Source: a virus
Lineage: Duplodnaviria > Caudoviricetes
Strand: one strand, 5' to 3'
DNA: 63,473 nucleotides
IMG/VR virus record: IMGVR_UViG_3300049811_000819
Span: 1 to 63,473 of that record
Below the pieces are notes generated by a model. It had not been told where the DNA came from, did not search any database, and saw only the letters and a program-made list of their open reading frames with translations. How positions within the stretch are numbered: position 1 is the first letter of the stretch; each line of letters starts with the position of its first letter. Shown piece by piece: positions 1 to 10,900 of this stretch. A program made the translations under genes and the position numbers.

Positions 1-1107
1 ATGCGCCATAGTGCATCAAATAGTAGGGAAGATTTAGGGAAGCTTGACGAGAAAATTAGGGAAGCAAATCAAACGCTTAGGCGGGTATCGATCCGAAGAA
101 AGGGCGATCGTCTTTTTCTCAGGGCTACACTTCCAGACCAGAAAACAGGGAAAAACAAGCAACACGAAATAAAGACTGGCGCGCCAGCTACAATAACAGG
201 ATTGAGAGCCGCTAAGGCAAAGGCTGATCGATTATCAAGCGATCTGATTCTCGGATCGTTCCGATGGGAAGACTGGTTATCTCCTGAATCTGTTTCATCG
301 GGAAATAGCTGCGGGGAATGGATCGAGAAGCTGACAAGCGACCACTGGAGTCGAGTCGAGCGAACCAAAAGCCGCGAGCGAAGCTTTCGGGAAGACTATC
401 TGATTCCCTACTCGAAACTCCCATCAAACAAAGCTTTAACCGAGGATTTGTTGAGGGATACTCTCGTTCGAGAAACGAGTCCATCAATGGAAAAAACCCG
501 TAACCGATATTGCTTGGCTTACACGAGACTTGCTCGGTTTGCTGGATTAGGAATAGATTTTAACGGGTATCGAGTGAGATACGAGCCGAAAGATCGCTAT
601 CTACCATCAGACAAGGAAATCGAAACGGCGATCGACGCTGTGAAAAATCCTGCGTGGATATGGATTGCTGGCATAATGGCCGCCTATGGATTAAGACCTC
701 ACGAACTTTTTCACCTCGATATGTCGGGGATGGGCGGTGAATTGCCGATTTTACGAATTCTACCAAGCACAAAGACGAAAGAACGGACAGTGTTGCCATG
801 TCCTGCATCGTGGGTAGATCGATGGAACCTGCGGGAAAAGCATTGGCCAAGATTTATAGCCACACCAGAGACTCACGATAACAAAGACCTTGGGGCAAGG
901 ATAACGCCGGGGCTAAAGCGGAACGGAGTGAACTGGACAGCTTATGCTTTTCGAGATTGCTATGTTATCCGATTAGAAAAAGCAGGATGGCCGCCAAACC
1001 TTGCGGAGAAGATGGGCGGCCACAGTCGGGAAACAAGGAAAAAGTCTTATCTACGGCACGTCAACGATCGGGACTTAGTTGATGTGTTTCGTCGGTTAAA
1101 CTTTTGA
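1..1107 (+). CDS. int: Tyrosine recombinase / phage integrase
   Basis: YGLRPHE (catalytic R), TKT, YAFR (HxxR variant common in cyanobacterial integrases), MGGHS, C-terminal Y; N-terminal LFLRATLP arm-binding-like segment. Confidence 0.93.
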   Translation: MRHSASNSREDLGKLDEKIREANQTLRRVSIRRKGDRLFLRATLPDQKTGKNKQHEIKTGAPATITGLRAAKAKADRLSSDLILGSFRWEDWLSPESVSSGNSCGEWIEKLTSDHWSRVERTKSRERSFREDYLIPYSKLPSNKALTEDLLRDTLVRETSPSMEKTRNRYCLAYTRLARFAGLGIDFNGYRVRYEPKDRYLPSDKEIETAIDAVKNPAWIWIAGIMAAYGLRPHELFHLDMSGMGGELPILRILPSTKTKERTVLPCPASWVDRWNLREKHWPRFIATPETHDNKDLGARITPGLKRNGVNWTAYAFRDCYVIRLEKAGWPPNLAEKMGGHSRETRKKSYLRHVNDRDLVDVFRRLNF

Positions 1108-1329
1108 CACTTCTTTAACTTCCCATTCTTCAACCATTGCAGCATTGTCCTCTACTAATAATGTCTCGTATTCGGAACTATTGTCGACCTCTAATAGAGA
1201 TACGGAAATATTGCAAAATGCGTTTTCTGCCGCTTCAAGATTAGGAGCTTCAATAGTCACAATAACCTCGATTTGTATTGTTCCTTGAAACTGTTTGAGT
1301 TCAGGTTTAGATTGTTTTTTCTTAGGCAT
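1096..1329 (-). CDS. Small acidic hypothetical protein
   Basis: ORF translationally coupled to the upstream gene; end of the leftward early operon. Confidence 0.6.
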   Translation of the reverse strand: MPKKKQSKPELKQFQGTIQIEVIVTIEAPNLEAAENAFCNISVSLLEVDNSSEYETLLVEDNAAMVEEWEVKEVSKV

Positions 1330-1585
1330 GATTTCCTCTTAATAATTCTTGCATTTTTTGCCAATTGTAGCGATAGCCTCGCTCACCGTGGATTTTGTAG
1401 TGTACGCCCTCTTTCGCTTGTTTTCGGTAGCGTTCGAGGGTAGAGCGAGAAATTTTAAGCTTCTCGCAACATTCTCGACTATCTACCCATTGATCAGATT
1501 TGAGTTCTAGATAGATTTCGGTCAATAGATTGACTTGGTTTTCTAGATGGTATATGCGTCGTTTTAAGTCTTCAATTTCGCTCAT
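1322..1585 (-). CDS. Excisionase-like HTH protein
   Basis: WVDSRECCEKLKISRSTLERYR...EGVHY, a MerR/Xis-type winged HTH next to the integrase; likely start is ATG 1585. Confidence 0.75.
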   Translation of the reverse strand: MSEIEDLKRRIYHLENQVNLLTEIYLELKSDQWVDSRECCEKLKISRSTLERYRKQAKEGVHYKIHGERGYRYNWQKMQELLRGNHA

Positions 1586-1614
1586 TTTCGGGACTCCATA
1601 AATCCCGAAAACTA

Positions 1615-2694
1615 TTAAAAATAGCGGAACTTTAAAACGATCTCGATCACTTCCTGCGGACAAAGAACGCTACAAGTATTCCATCCTGAGCCGCCGACTG
1701 TAGCACGACCGCTCCATCCTTCTGCGTTCGGGTCACGAGCTTTTTCGGCTTCTGAAAGTGCGGAGTAAATTTCCTTTGTAAAGTCGATTCCTTCGGATTC
1801 AGGGTGATTAGGATTACAGGCGAGAGTGTACTTGTTGCCTACAAATTTGTTATCTACGATCACTTCTCGCTGGGTCAAAGTGTAGGGATAAATCTCGGAA
1901 TAGTCACTATCACCGAGTAGGCGATCAATCGCTCGATACGCACAACGGGGATCGATGTAGGTTCCGCCTAATCCCGACATTGTGACTACGGCACAATCTT
2001 TATAAAAGTTGATACGTTTTTCCTCGATTAGTAGGTTTGTGTACTTTTCAACTTTTTCCCAGTATTCGGAAACTTTCGGGTGATCGCACGGCCAGTTATC
2101 TTTCCCCTCGACTGCTCGAACAAGATTCCAGAAAGACTTTTCAAAGGCACGGGACATAAAGTATTCTTTGTCCTCAATTGTCCACTGTCGGCGGTCTTTT
2201 GGCATATCGAGATCGATTGTAAATTCATCGCTATCGCATTTCATTCCCGCAACGCACTTAGCAGCAAAATCGGCGTACTCGGATAGTTCGGAGGGGACAG
2301 CAAGGTGATCACAGTCGTAAGAGATAGCGCAGAGTTTTCGCTCAGTATCTTGATCTAACGCCTCTTGCGAAAAATACCCTTTGAATAAATACACTGCGCT
2401 GCATACGGCATCAGCGTCCAACAATGTCGTGACAAACAGGATATCATCGGTTTCTTGCGGGAACAAACCGATAATATCTATTCCTGCCTCATTTGCTTTT
2501 TCGATAGACTTCCAAATGTCTTCGATTTGGATTTTTGCCCCGTCAGGTCGGTGGTGGTCAAACAGGAAATCTCCCTTACGGAGATGCCAATCTGGAACAG
2601 TCCCGTCAACCATAACAACGGAGCATTCTCCGATTTCAGCGAGTCTAGTATTTAGAGTTTCTAGGTTAGTTGTGACAAGAAAATTAAGAGTCAT
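1615..2694 (-). CDS. DHH-like phosphoesterase-related protein
   Basis: VDGT, FDHH and DADA motifs, C-terminal GWSGRATVGGS; motif order is not canonical DHH. Confidence 0.5.
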   Translation of the reverse strand: MTLNFLVTTNLETLNTRLAEIGECSVVMVDGTVPDWHLRKGDFLFDHHRPDGAKIQIEDIWKSIEKANEAGIDIIGLFPQETDDILFVTTLLDADAVCSAVYLFKGYFSQEALDQDTERKLCAISYDCDHLAVPSELSEYADFAAKCVAGMKCDSDEFTIDLDMPKDRRQWTIEDKEYFMSRAFEKSFWNLVRAVEGKDNWPCDHPKVSEYWEKVEKYTNLLIEEKRINFYKDCAVVTMSGLGGTYIDPRCAYRAIDRLLGDSDYSEIYPYTLTQREVIVDNKFVGNKYTLACNPNHPESEGIDFTKEIYSALSEAEKARDPNAEGWSGRATVGGSGWNTCSVLCPQEVIEIVLKFRYF

Positions 2695-2720
2695 GATTTT
2701 TTCCCGATGATGATGTTGAA

Positions 2721-2984
2721 TTAATAGTTTTCGACAATTCCGAGAGCGTTCCGTATCTCGGTTTCTTTACTTGCGCGTCCTTGTCTCCATCCCCGACTAT
2801 AAAACCTGTTTGCAGTGTCACAGTAAAATTGTTTCAAGAAACGAGAGAGACTAAGACTATCGATATTAGCTGGGACAGTAAAGGCAAGTTCCCCATCTGC
2901 GTCGTAAAATTCAATATCTCCTGATTCGGGATTGTCGTAGCGATTTAAATCGTTGATCGTGATAATCGTGTGATTTTCTTGCAT
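2721..2984 (-). CDS. Hypothetical protein
   Basis: ORF within the leftward operon, with AGAAGGA SD. Confidence 0.6.
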   Translation of the reverse strand: MQENHTIITINDLNRYDNPESGDIEFYDADGELAFTVPANIDSLSLSRFLKQFYCDTANRFYSRGWRQGRASKETEIRNALGIVENY

Positions 2985-3043
2985 AATTTCCTTCTGATGA
3001 CATTAAAAGATACTCGGCGTTGTCAATGCCCCCTGACAAGCTT

Positions 3044-4009
3044 TTAGAAATCGGGCATTCCTGAAGGCAGTTCTTCTTCAAGCGCATCCTCTACTATTTC
3101 GCTAAGACTAACTTGCTCTTTAAGCAGGGAATTGATTGTGTCAAAATATTCCCTTTTTCCTGTACAGCGATCAGCTATCACAGTAGCCTCGATTATTGGC
3201 ATTCCTTGGCTAACTGCCCATTGAATGCCGTCTTTCTTTTTGGATGCCCAATCGCTAGATGGTAACGCTTTTTGTTGTTGAAAATGAGGCAGTTCGAGAC
3301 CGGAAGACTCACCAGTAAACTGCTGAAAAGCACGAGTTTCGATAATTTGCATCACTTTCGACGCACGATCTGGATGAACGCGGATCGAGAGAAGGTTAAA
3401 TATTTTGCGTCCTCGCTTTCCATCGGGAAGCGGATAAGATAGCTCTCGCGGTCTGCGCTCTAAAAGAAAGGGAATTCCGGTTAAAGTTCCTGCGGCGGTT
3501 TCTACTGCCAAAAGTTGCTCTGTTAGTCCAATAATGTCCCACTTTGAGTGAGTTTTAACCTCGAAGTAACCCATTTCTCCTAGCTGTGGTATAACAATGT
3601 GCAGTCTCCCGACTTGCTTACACTTGCACGCCCCAAAACTGCCATCTGGATTCTCTATTAGCTTTTTGCATGGCAGTGGGTGAGTAGCGACAATTTTCCC
3701 TTTTTCTTCGTATAGCACGCGAGTTTCCTCATCGCACCGAGTAAGAATCGAGGTTTTTCCCCATTCTTCCATCCAAGCAGGGAAAACCTGCTCGACAGAG
3801 GCAAAGGGAAGCAGGCAGGGAATTTGTATGGGCTTGTCACCAAAAATAGTTATGATTTTTTTGTTGATTCCATCAAAGTCCGAATCGAAGCGAAAATAGT
3901 CTAAGTCTGCGCCAGGGCGATCGCTCCCAGCTTTTTTCTCATCTCCCTTGCGGATTTTCCCAAGCATAGGAAAACGAGCTTGTCTTGTAGTTAGTGATTT
4001 GATAGGCAT
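3044..4009 (-). CDS. Gp3-like (RDF-like) phage recombination/replication protein
   Basis: MPIKSL...LGKIRKG, DYFRF, RCD, CxC..GRL, F..THS pattern typical of the family; AGGAG SD. Confidence 0.7.
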   Translation of the reverse strand: MPIKSLTTRQARFPMLGKIRKGDEKKAGSDRPGADLDYFRFDSDFDGINKKIITIFGDKPIQIPCLLPFASVEQVFPAWMEEWGKTSILTRCDEETRVLYEEKGKIVATHPLPCKKLIENPDGSFGACKCKQVGRLHIVIPQLGEMGYFEVKTHSKWDIIGLTEQLLAVETAAGTLTGIPFLLERRPRELSYPLPDGKRGRKIFNLLSIRVHPDRASKVMQIIETRAFQQFTGESSGLELPHFQQQKALPSSDWASKKKDGIQWAVSQGMPIIEATVIADRCTGKREYFDTINSLLKEQVSLSEIVEDALEEELPSGMPDF

Positions 4010-4025
4010 TGTAAACTCCTAAAAT

Positions 4026-4334
4026 TTAAAAAGGAATATCGTCAGAAGCTTTGAATCCCATTGTTTTGTTGCTAATAACTGAGGGGAATTCATCAACGGG
4101 TTTGCCATAGAAAAATTTTTCTACGGAAGGGCATAATATTTCATGTTCACTTGTTATTTGTTTGGCTTCTGTTAGCACTCGCTCTCGTGCTTGTGTCATA
4201 AGAAGCTCGGCGCAAACTTCGTGATCTTCTCCTATTTCTACTCTTGCGTGCATAAACACGCTTAATTCTAGGGATTCGTAATTGCCTAGATTGAATTTTT
4301 GTGTATAAGAAGCCGAAACACCTTGTATCTCCAC
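4026..4334 (-). CDS. Hypothetical protein
   Basis: KFNLGNYESL motif common in small phage proteins; DDIPF C-terminus; GGAGG SD; GTG start. Confidence 0.7.
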   Translation of the reverse strand: MEIQGVSASYTQKFNLGNYESLELSVFMHARVEIGEDHEVCAELLMTQARERVLTEAKQITSEHEILCPSVEKFFYGKPVDEFPSVISNKTMGFKASDDIPF

Positions 4335-4374
4335 TTACTTTTTCCTCCTATTAGAAAAAACTTGACTTTCTTAA

Positions 4375-4404
4375 ATCCTATCAATCCTTTCTTGAATTGT
4401 CAAG
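4375..4404 (-). promoter_or_regulatory. Sigma70-type promoter with operator-like palindrome (copy 1)
   Basis: TTGACA-17-TAGGAT; CTTGA-CAAT-TCAAG over the -35 box. Confidence 0.8.
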
Positions 4405-4490
4405 TAAATTCTCAAAATAAATTTGTGGATCGCAGGGACATAGGATCGAGGTAACTGATGAGATTGGTAGAGGGTGTAATCGGTGTTAAG

Positions 4491-4737
4491 CGATGTTAGG
4501 GGAGTAGATAACATAAGAAAAGTATTAATATATATAGTTTCTAACCTTTTGTTATTGTTGTTTCCTCGATCCTTGACTTTCGTTTTCCCTCTACGAAAAA
4601 CCTTCATCCTAGCGGTTGACCCCGCTTATCCCTGTCCCGATCTCTTTTTCCCCTAGGTTTGGCGAAACATCAATAACAAATCTCTAGAAAGCTCTCCCTG
4701 TAAGCGTTCCAGGATGTTATCTACTACCCTAACATCG
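4491..4737. repeat. Non-coding inverted-arm element A
   Basis: Two head-to-head arms of about 75 bp: ATGTTA-N10-TAACAT...TTTGTTATTG(T/A)TGTTTC. Confidence 0.8.
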
Positions 4738-4753
4738 AGAGGGTATCTGAAAC

Positions 4754-4778
4754 AAAAAAATCCCGCCGATTTGGCGGG
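4754..4778 (-). terminator. Intrinsic terminator after the tail operon
   Basis: CCCGCC-aaatc-GGCGGG followed by ATTTTTTT on the minus strand. Confidence 0.8.
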
Positions 4779-4797
4779 CGCACTAGAAATGGAGGTG

Positions 4798-7362
4798 TCA
4801 AACATTAACAGCGATCGCTTCTTTGAAAGCAACGGGGTAGCTCGAATTTTGAAATACTCGCACAGTGTATGCCAATTGGACTGACCCCCAATCGGTTATC
4901 TGTTGTGATGCGGTATAAACAATTGATCTTTCTCCTGTCTCAGTGATAAATTCCCGTTTTATTGCACTGCCATCGTAGATTCTGACCGTGTAGGTATTGA
5001 GTTCCCCCGGTGCAAACCCCACATCGATATAGTCTGTCCACCGCCCATTAATCCGCGTCCTGCGATACCACGAGATAATCACGTCTCCCCCAGCCCGTTC
5101 CGAGTCCACAACCGCAGAAAACGGCTTGACGCTTTCCAGTGTGACAGTGTGGATTGTCTCGGTATCTACTTCCGTTTCTGTCAATCCGTCTGGCACGATT
5201 TTAAAACGAACTTCCCGGTTGACATCGAACAATTCAACAGGCAAACGGACAAGGTAATCGGTAAGCAATACAAATCTTTCGCCGACAGCATGATTATCGA
5301 TAAAACCCTCAGTTCCTTTAGTACCACGAATCATATAGGAAATATCAAAAGTTAGCGGATTATTTGAGACAATTTCCGCATTTTTAAAAGCAAGAATCTC
5401 GCCTGTAGAAAACCACCCAAGTTGTTTTCCTGCTAAGAATTTCTCAAGCGTTACTGGCTCAATTTCGCCTGAATCCATTCTTATTCGGACTGTATTAAAA
5501 TCGTCAATAAAATTAGGAGAGGAATTATTAAAGTTTGCGCTAAAACTTAATACCGTACCCGTGACACTTTCACCAGTAATAGCAGTAGCAAGTTCGTAGC
5601 TTTCTCCGCCGTCCTCAGAATAAAATATTGTCCCAGTTCGATAGTCTTCATCGCCCTCGATTGCAAGGTAAAAACCAAGATCGGCATCCGATGAGTTGAC
5701 GGGCGGGCATTCAATAACAATCGCTGTAGCCGAGCCGTAGCTTGCTGGAATTTCGCTGGGAGGGGCAAAGGTTAGATTAGTAGTAATTTCGGGCAGGATA
5801 TCGCTTGTGAGTTGGTCTATGCCAGTACAGTCAGTTACAACTCCCCAGGTTGAATCTGCGGTTAGCCCATGGGCAGTATTTTGGGTGAAAATTAGATTGT
5901 CGTCCGCATCGTAAATCCTAAATTCAGTATTGGGCAGGGGCGAAATTTGACCGAGCGGTAATGTAGTCTCGAATCGCAGAGGCGCGCGGTAGGAGACAAC
6001 TGGGCTAAATACTGTCCCTCGTTGAGCGCGTGTAATCCATCGGTTAGCGTTCGGGGGGGGAGTTGGAGAGTTGTATATTCCCAAGTCATACACCGCTATA
6101 TGCGCGCATTCGTTCGAGTATCCCTGAAATCGAGTCGCTTCTAGCTCGATTAAATATCCTGCACCTCGAACTTTTTTTGTGATCTGCAAAACTTCTCGAT
6201 GAAATAGGCGATCACCGTCTGCCGATATTAAATCTCCTACGCCAAGATCGTCCCATGCGGGCAATAAAAACATCTTGGAAAAGGTTTTAGATTGCGAGCG
6301 GCCGAGAAAAAGAACGCGAGAGGCAAGGGTAATAAATAGGTTATCACTAGATATTAATTTGGTTTGAATTGATAGCTCGTTGGTATGCTTTGCAGCAGGG
6401 TCTTTGGCGACAACCGAAATAGCGTCCTGATCTTTGTTGATATTTAATCCGCTTACTGTTACAGCACTTGGTGTTTCTCGGAAATGTGTGAGTTTTATCT
6501 CGTATAAATCTATCGGGCGATCCCCAAATTTTTTTGCTCCTAATGCCAGCCTTGGAATATGGGTAACTTCTCCCGATGTTTGCTGTTTAAAAACAAGCTT
6601 GTCTTTTGTTTCTCGAACTATCAAGAAAAACGCCCTTAATAATTCCCCGATCTGATCAGCGAACGATGTTCCTTCAAATAGTAAGTCAAAACCTTCAATC
6701 TGCAAATTATCAGGAACACCGCTCACATCGATTTTATCTTCTGCTATTCGAGCTATTTCACAAACTTTTTTCAAAATATCTTTGACTCGTGGATTTTCGC
6801 CACTTTCCCCAACTATCTCGACATCGATCCGTGGAAATCCACTGCCTTCAAATTCAGCAATTGGGTAATTATTAAAAACCAGATAACTCCAGCCTTTGAA
6901 TGCGGGAACGGGGTTCGTTTCATTTGCTTGAATTACTGAGGACGACGTAGTTTGATTACCTGTGTAAATTGTGCAACACTCTAAAAACTTTTGACTTCTT
7001 TGGTCGTCCGATCCATCACCATAAACTAATACTGAATTCATCCAAACACGCCGAACAGAACCGATTTTTTGTGCAATCGGATAAGCGGCTGTCAAAAAAT
7101 AAGAAAACGTTTCTGTTTTCTGTCCCCCGCCTTTTCCGCCTGATACTTTTCGCCGCTCTTTTAGCTTCAAACTCCACATCATTGGCAAGCCTTCTTTTCT
7201 CACCCGCCCAAACGGGAGGGAAAGAGAAAAGCCGAATTCAGCATCAGGTACTCCCGTATCCTCGATTTTTCCCTTTTGTTGTCGCGGGCCAGACGGTGCG
7301 AGAAGTGATAGGAGTAAATTGGCTCCGAGTCCAATTGCGGTAGGAATTAGGAAATTAGCCAC
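4798..7362 (-). CDS. Tail tip / host-specificity protein (GTA gp15 / Phage-tail_3-like)
   Basis: LPFGRVR, VRRVWMN, PAFKGWSYLVF, GEILAF, IRGTKGTE..H..GERFVLL and ISWYRRTR motifs. Confidence 0.85.
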   Translation of the reverse strand: MANFLIPTAIGLGANLLLSLLAPSGPRQQKGKIEDTGVPDAEFGFSLSLPFGRVRKEGLPMMWSLKLKERRKVSGGKGGGQKTETFSYFLTAAYPIAQKIGSVRRVWMNSVLVYGDGSDDQRSQKFLECCTIYTGNQTTSSSVIQANETNPVPAFKGWSYLVFNNYPIAEFEGSGFPRIDVEIVGESGENPRVKDILKKVCEIARIAEDKIDVSGVPDNLQIEGFDLLFEGTSFADQIGELLRAFFLIVRETKDKLVFKQQTSGEVTHIPRLALGAKKFGDRPIDLYEIKLTHFRETPSAVTVSGLNINKDQDAISVVAKDPAAKHTNELSIQTKLISSDNLFITLASRVLFLGRSQSKTFSKMFLLPAWDDLGVGDLISADGDRLFHREVLQITKKVRGAGYLIELEATRFQGYSNECAHIAVYDLGIYNSPTPPPNANRWITRAQRGTVFSPVVSYRAPLRFETTLPLGQISPLPNTEFRIYDADDNLIFTQNTAHGLTADSTWGVVTDCTGIDQLTSDILPEITTNLTFAPPSEIPASYGSATAIVIECPPVNSSDADLGFYLAIEGDEDYRTGTIFYSEDGGESYELATAITGESVTGTVLSFSANFNNSSPNFIDDFNTVRIRMDSGEIEPVTLEKFLAGKQLGWFSTGEILAFKNAEIVSNNPLTFDISYMIRGTKGTEGFIDNHAVGERFVLLTDYLVRLPVELFDVNREVRFKIVPDGLTETEVDTETIHTVTLESVKPFSAVVDSERAGGDVIISWYRRTRINGRWTDYIDVGFAPGELNTYTVRIYDGSAIKREFITETGERSIVYTASQQITDWGSVQLAYTVRVFQNSSYPVAFKEAIAVNV

Positions 7363-7393
7363 GTTTTAAGTAAGAATTCTAAAGTTTCTGTTA

Positions 7394-7804
7394 TTATTCT
7401 ACTCGATAGATAAAAACAAGCGTTCTTATGACCTCGGCAAGGTACGAACAAATTACGCCTTTTTCTGTGTCAGCATGAAGATATACCTCCTCTCCCGCAT
7501 AAATGCCAACGTGGGTTATTACACCCGCCCGTTTGAACACTAGCACATCGCCAATATCAGGTTTTCCGTCAACACGGGTTAGGTAGCGATCGAGAGATTT
7601 TACGAGAAAATCATTTCGGGGAATTCGTTCGTAATTTTCGAGGGCAAAGTCTGACGGGAGAAACCCTACATTCACTCCTACGCCAGCAAGAAATCCGACG
7701 CAATCACAACCGATTCCTTTTTTACTCTGGCCATGATGCCATGGTGTCCCAATCCACTCGATTGCCTCGGCGACGATTTTATCTCCCAACGCATCTACAG
7801 TCAT
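7394..7804 (-). CDS. NlpC/P60 tail-associated peptidase
   Basis: WIGTPWHH, GCDCVGF, HVGIY, YLHA. Confidence 0.92.
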   Translation of the reverse strand: MTVDALGDKIVAEAIEWIGTPWHHGQSKKGIGCDCVGFLAGVGVNVGFLPSDFALENYERIPRNDFLVKSLDRYLTRVDGKPDIGDVLVFKRAGVITHVGIYAGEEVYLHADTEKGVICSYLAEVIRTLVFIYRVE

Positions 7805-7964
7805 GTTCTCTTTCCTCCGATCTTGGGCGAAATCCCATCTCTACCCCGTTTCGGTAAGTAGTACAAAGCGATTCTTTTAGTTCTCGATCGCCCCGACACG
7901 ATGGGAGAATTTCCCACGCAATCGCCGAAGCAAGTATTGCTCCTAATACTACTATTTTTTTCAC
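7779..7964 (-). CDS. Small Cys-rich protein with signal peptide
   Basis: MKKIVVLGAILASAIA; the GTG start overlaps the tape measure TGA (GTGA). Confidence 0.5.
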   Translation of the reverse strand: MKKIVVLGAILASAIAWEILPSCRGDRELKESLCTTYRNGVEMGFRPRSEEREHDCRCVGR

Positions 7965-10900
7965 CCGAAAAATCTCCTTTTAGTTCGCTCATTTTGGGCG
8001 TTCTCACGCTCTTTTAGCTGAGTTAGAGAATATCCCATGTCATTCCGTGATTCTATCGTAATATTGCTCACATTGGTGATTGCAAGAGAACGATCAGATG
8101 AGGAACTATTTGAGTTCGTGATATTGTAGCCAGTTCCCCCTACAAAGCCGCCCGTCGCATAGTTTTTGATTGGGGTATTTTTATATTCTAGATAAGCTTT
8201 TGTCTCGTTCGGAGTAAGCACATACTCGTCTTCGTTGGCCACAATCAGCCGGGGGTTTCTCCCGCCGCTCATGGACCGTTCGCGTCGGAAAGCAGAAATC
8301 ATATTTTTCTCTATCGGGGCATCGGCTCCGATTTTTCCACCAGAACTAAAGAGGCTGAATCCTGTTCCCAGTGAAAAACCGGAAGCGGACGTGAATGGAG
8401 TGAAGGCGACGGACGATCCGAGTCCACCGAGGGAACCAGTGAATAGGCTTAATGCTCCTCCTAGTAGTCCGCCTCCCCCATTGCTAAACGGAACTGGGGA
8501 AGATGCGCCTCCGCTCCCTCCAAAGATTTGCATGAGTAGCTGATTGGCTGCCATTTCGCCAATCTTCTGCAAAAAGCTAGTCAGTACATTCAGCATTTGC
8601 TGTAGAGTATCCCGCCCCCCGGTGAATGCGGCTCGGAGTAAGTCGCCAAAAGCCCCAACTGCGGGATTGGCTTCAATAAATGCAGAAGCCAAATTAGCCT
8701 GTTGCATTTTGTCGAGAGCATCTGACATTTCAGATAACTGGGTAGGAGACAAGGCACCCTCTTGAGCTTGTCGCTTGAGTTCGAGGCGACGACGGGCAAA
8801 ATCTGCTTCTATACGAAGTTTTTGAGATTCTCCTGTACTAAACAGCGTTCCGAGCGGATTTATCCGGTTTCCCGCATCGATCCCGTCTGCAAGCAGGTTG
8901 TTGTAGCGTTCGAGGGCGGCTACTCGTTCATCCTCGATCATTCGCATAGCGGCCGCTTCACCCCGAATCTGTCCATAAGTGGCGAGTTGATTATCGAGAG
9001 CTTTATAGCCTTCAAGAATAGCCGTGTTTCGCTTGTTTTCGGTTTTGAGTGCTTTGAATGCGTCATCGTTGCCTGTATCCTGAAATAGCCGCGCCTGTGT
9101 TTCTTCCGAGTTTTTAGCAAAGTCTGAAGTAAGCTGTTCGAGCGATCGAATCTGGGATTGGATTGACTCTCTTTGTTTTTCGATCTCCCGACTTCCGTTA
9201 CGTCGGGCTTGTTCAATTTTCTCCGAAAACGTGAGATAGCCTTTAGAAGAACGCATTAAGTCGGTCGAGGTATCTCCCGTGTCTCTCAGTCCAATTTCGG
9301 CTTGAATTCGGCTTTCTTGCGTTTGTCGGATTAGTCCCGCAATCCGATCAAGATTTTCCCGTCTTGCTCGTTCGAGTTTAAGCAGGTTTTCTTCTTGTTG
9401 GTTTTGTAGAGCTTTCTCGCGGGTGATCCTGATTTGCGTATTGAGTTCTTGCGCCCGGTCGTAATCAAAAGTCGGAAGCGGAGCAAGCGGGATGTTTGCC
9501 TGTGGCTGCCCTGTTAACACACCAGAATATCTCTCGACATTGCCCGTCGTGTAGTTGGCTCTTTCGACCGGCGTAAGAGGCTGAAGATTCGGGTTGAGAA
9601 CTTCCTGTGCAAAGCCTTCCCAGTTTTTGTAAAGTCCCGATCTCATTAACAAGCGGTCAAACTCTTCTGACCCCGAAGTCTCTACTTGCTGAACTACCGA
9701 TGGATGGCGAATGTCGTCGGCGTTGACCGTTGATCGGTAGCGCATCGTTTTGGGGTCATAGGACGGGGAGGGATCGTATTTGTAAATCTGTCCATTGCCG
9801 TAGTCGATGTAGTCCCCGCGCTGTAATGTTCGAGGATTGTTCGGAGTTCCCTGTCTGTAATGTTCGGAGCTTTCGCTATTGTTCGGAGCTTCCCCAATCG
9901 CCGGGGCTATTTTCGGAACTTTCCCGCCAGCAATCTCTCCCGATTTAGCGAGAAGTTTTTTGGAGTTTTCCAGAATGCCCGCCCAGACTTCGTTTAAGGA
10001 CTTAAATGTTAGTTGTTGCCGTGATAGCTCACGGGCTATCTGAACTTGCTGGTTCCAGAAGTCCCGTAGCTGTTTTAAGCGATTCCGCTCGGCATCATAG
10101 ATTTGCTCTTGAATGTTCCGCAGTTGTCGAGCGAACTGGATTGACTGATCCCGAATGTCGAGCGGTCGTGTTCTCAGGCTATCAGCCTCGCCTTGAATTG
10201 AGGCCACTTCGTCCTGGTATTGCAGTATGAGGTCGTCTAATTGCTTCTGTAGCGAGTTCATGCCAGGCGTGCGCCCAGAAATGAGAGATACTCGCAAGCG
10301 TTGGTTCTCAAGGGTTCTCTGACTTGTTCGGAACTCGTTTTCCGCTTCGATGAGCGATCGCTGTAGTCCTCGGATCATATCTCCGTAGGACTCTCGGAAG
10401 CCTCTTATCTCACGGGCTGATTGAATCTGGTAATCCTCGATTGATACTCGGAGATCGACTACTTGTCTTTGCAGTCCAGTGTAATAATCCTCAAGGTCAA
10501 TTGTCTGGCTACGCAGGGATAACTTAGCCTGTTCAATCTGAAGTTGAATCCGAGCGATATTAGCTTCAATTTCTAGGGGATCACCTTTGAGTGTTCCGAC
10601 AAGCTTTGATTGTTCAAAGGCTAATTGTTTATAGAGTTTCGAGATTTCAATCAGCGTTTGGTCGCGGGCAAAAGTTTTGACCTGACTCGATACGGTTCTA
10701 GCAGTCAGCTTAATTTGCTTGTTTGTTGCCTCGATCTCGATCGCTGTGGTTGCGTAGAATTCAGCGAGGTCGTTTTGTTGATCTCTTAAGGTTAATCGTG
10801 TTCGAGCGATGTTCGCTTTAATTCGGGCAATATTCGAGCGAATTGGTAAAGGATCATCGACATTCGCCGCAAGTCGCTCTTGTTCTACTGCTAACTGTTT

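Noticed and set aside
1-60. attL/attR site
   Set aside because: The window starts at the integrase ATG and ends at another ATG; no flanking DNA or terminal direct repeat is visible.
4391-4404. The operator palindrome as a host LexA or HrcA (CIRCE) site
   Set aside because: CTTGA-N4-TCAAG does not match the cyanobacterial LexA (RGTAC-N3-DGTWCB) or CIRCE consensus.
4371-4607. 78-aa ORF, and similarly 35492..35674
   Set aside because: They overlap the promoter and the non-coding repeat elements and have no recognisable motifs; likely spurious.
4491-4737. Element A as a MITE or Tn7-like transposon (TGT...ACA ends)
   Set aside because: No target-site duplication flanks the candidate ends, the interiors of the three copies are diverged, and no transposase is present.
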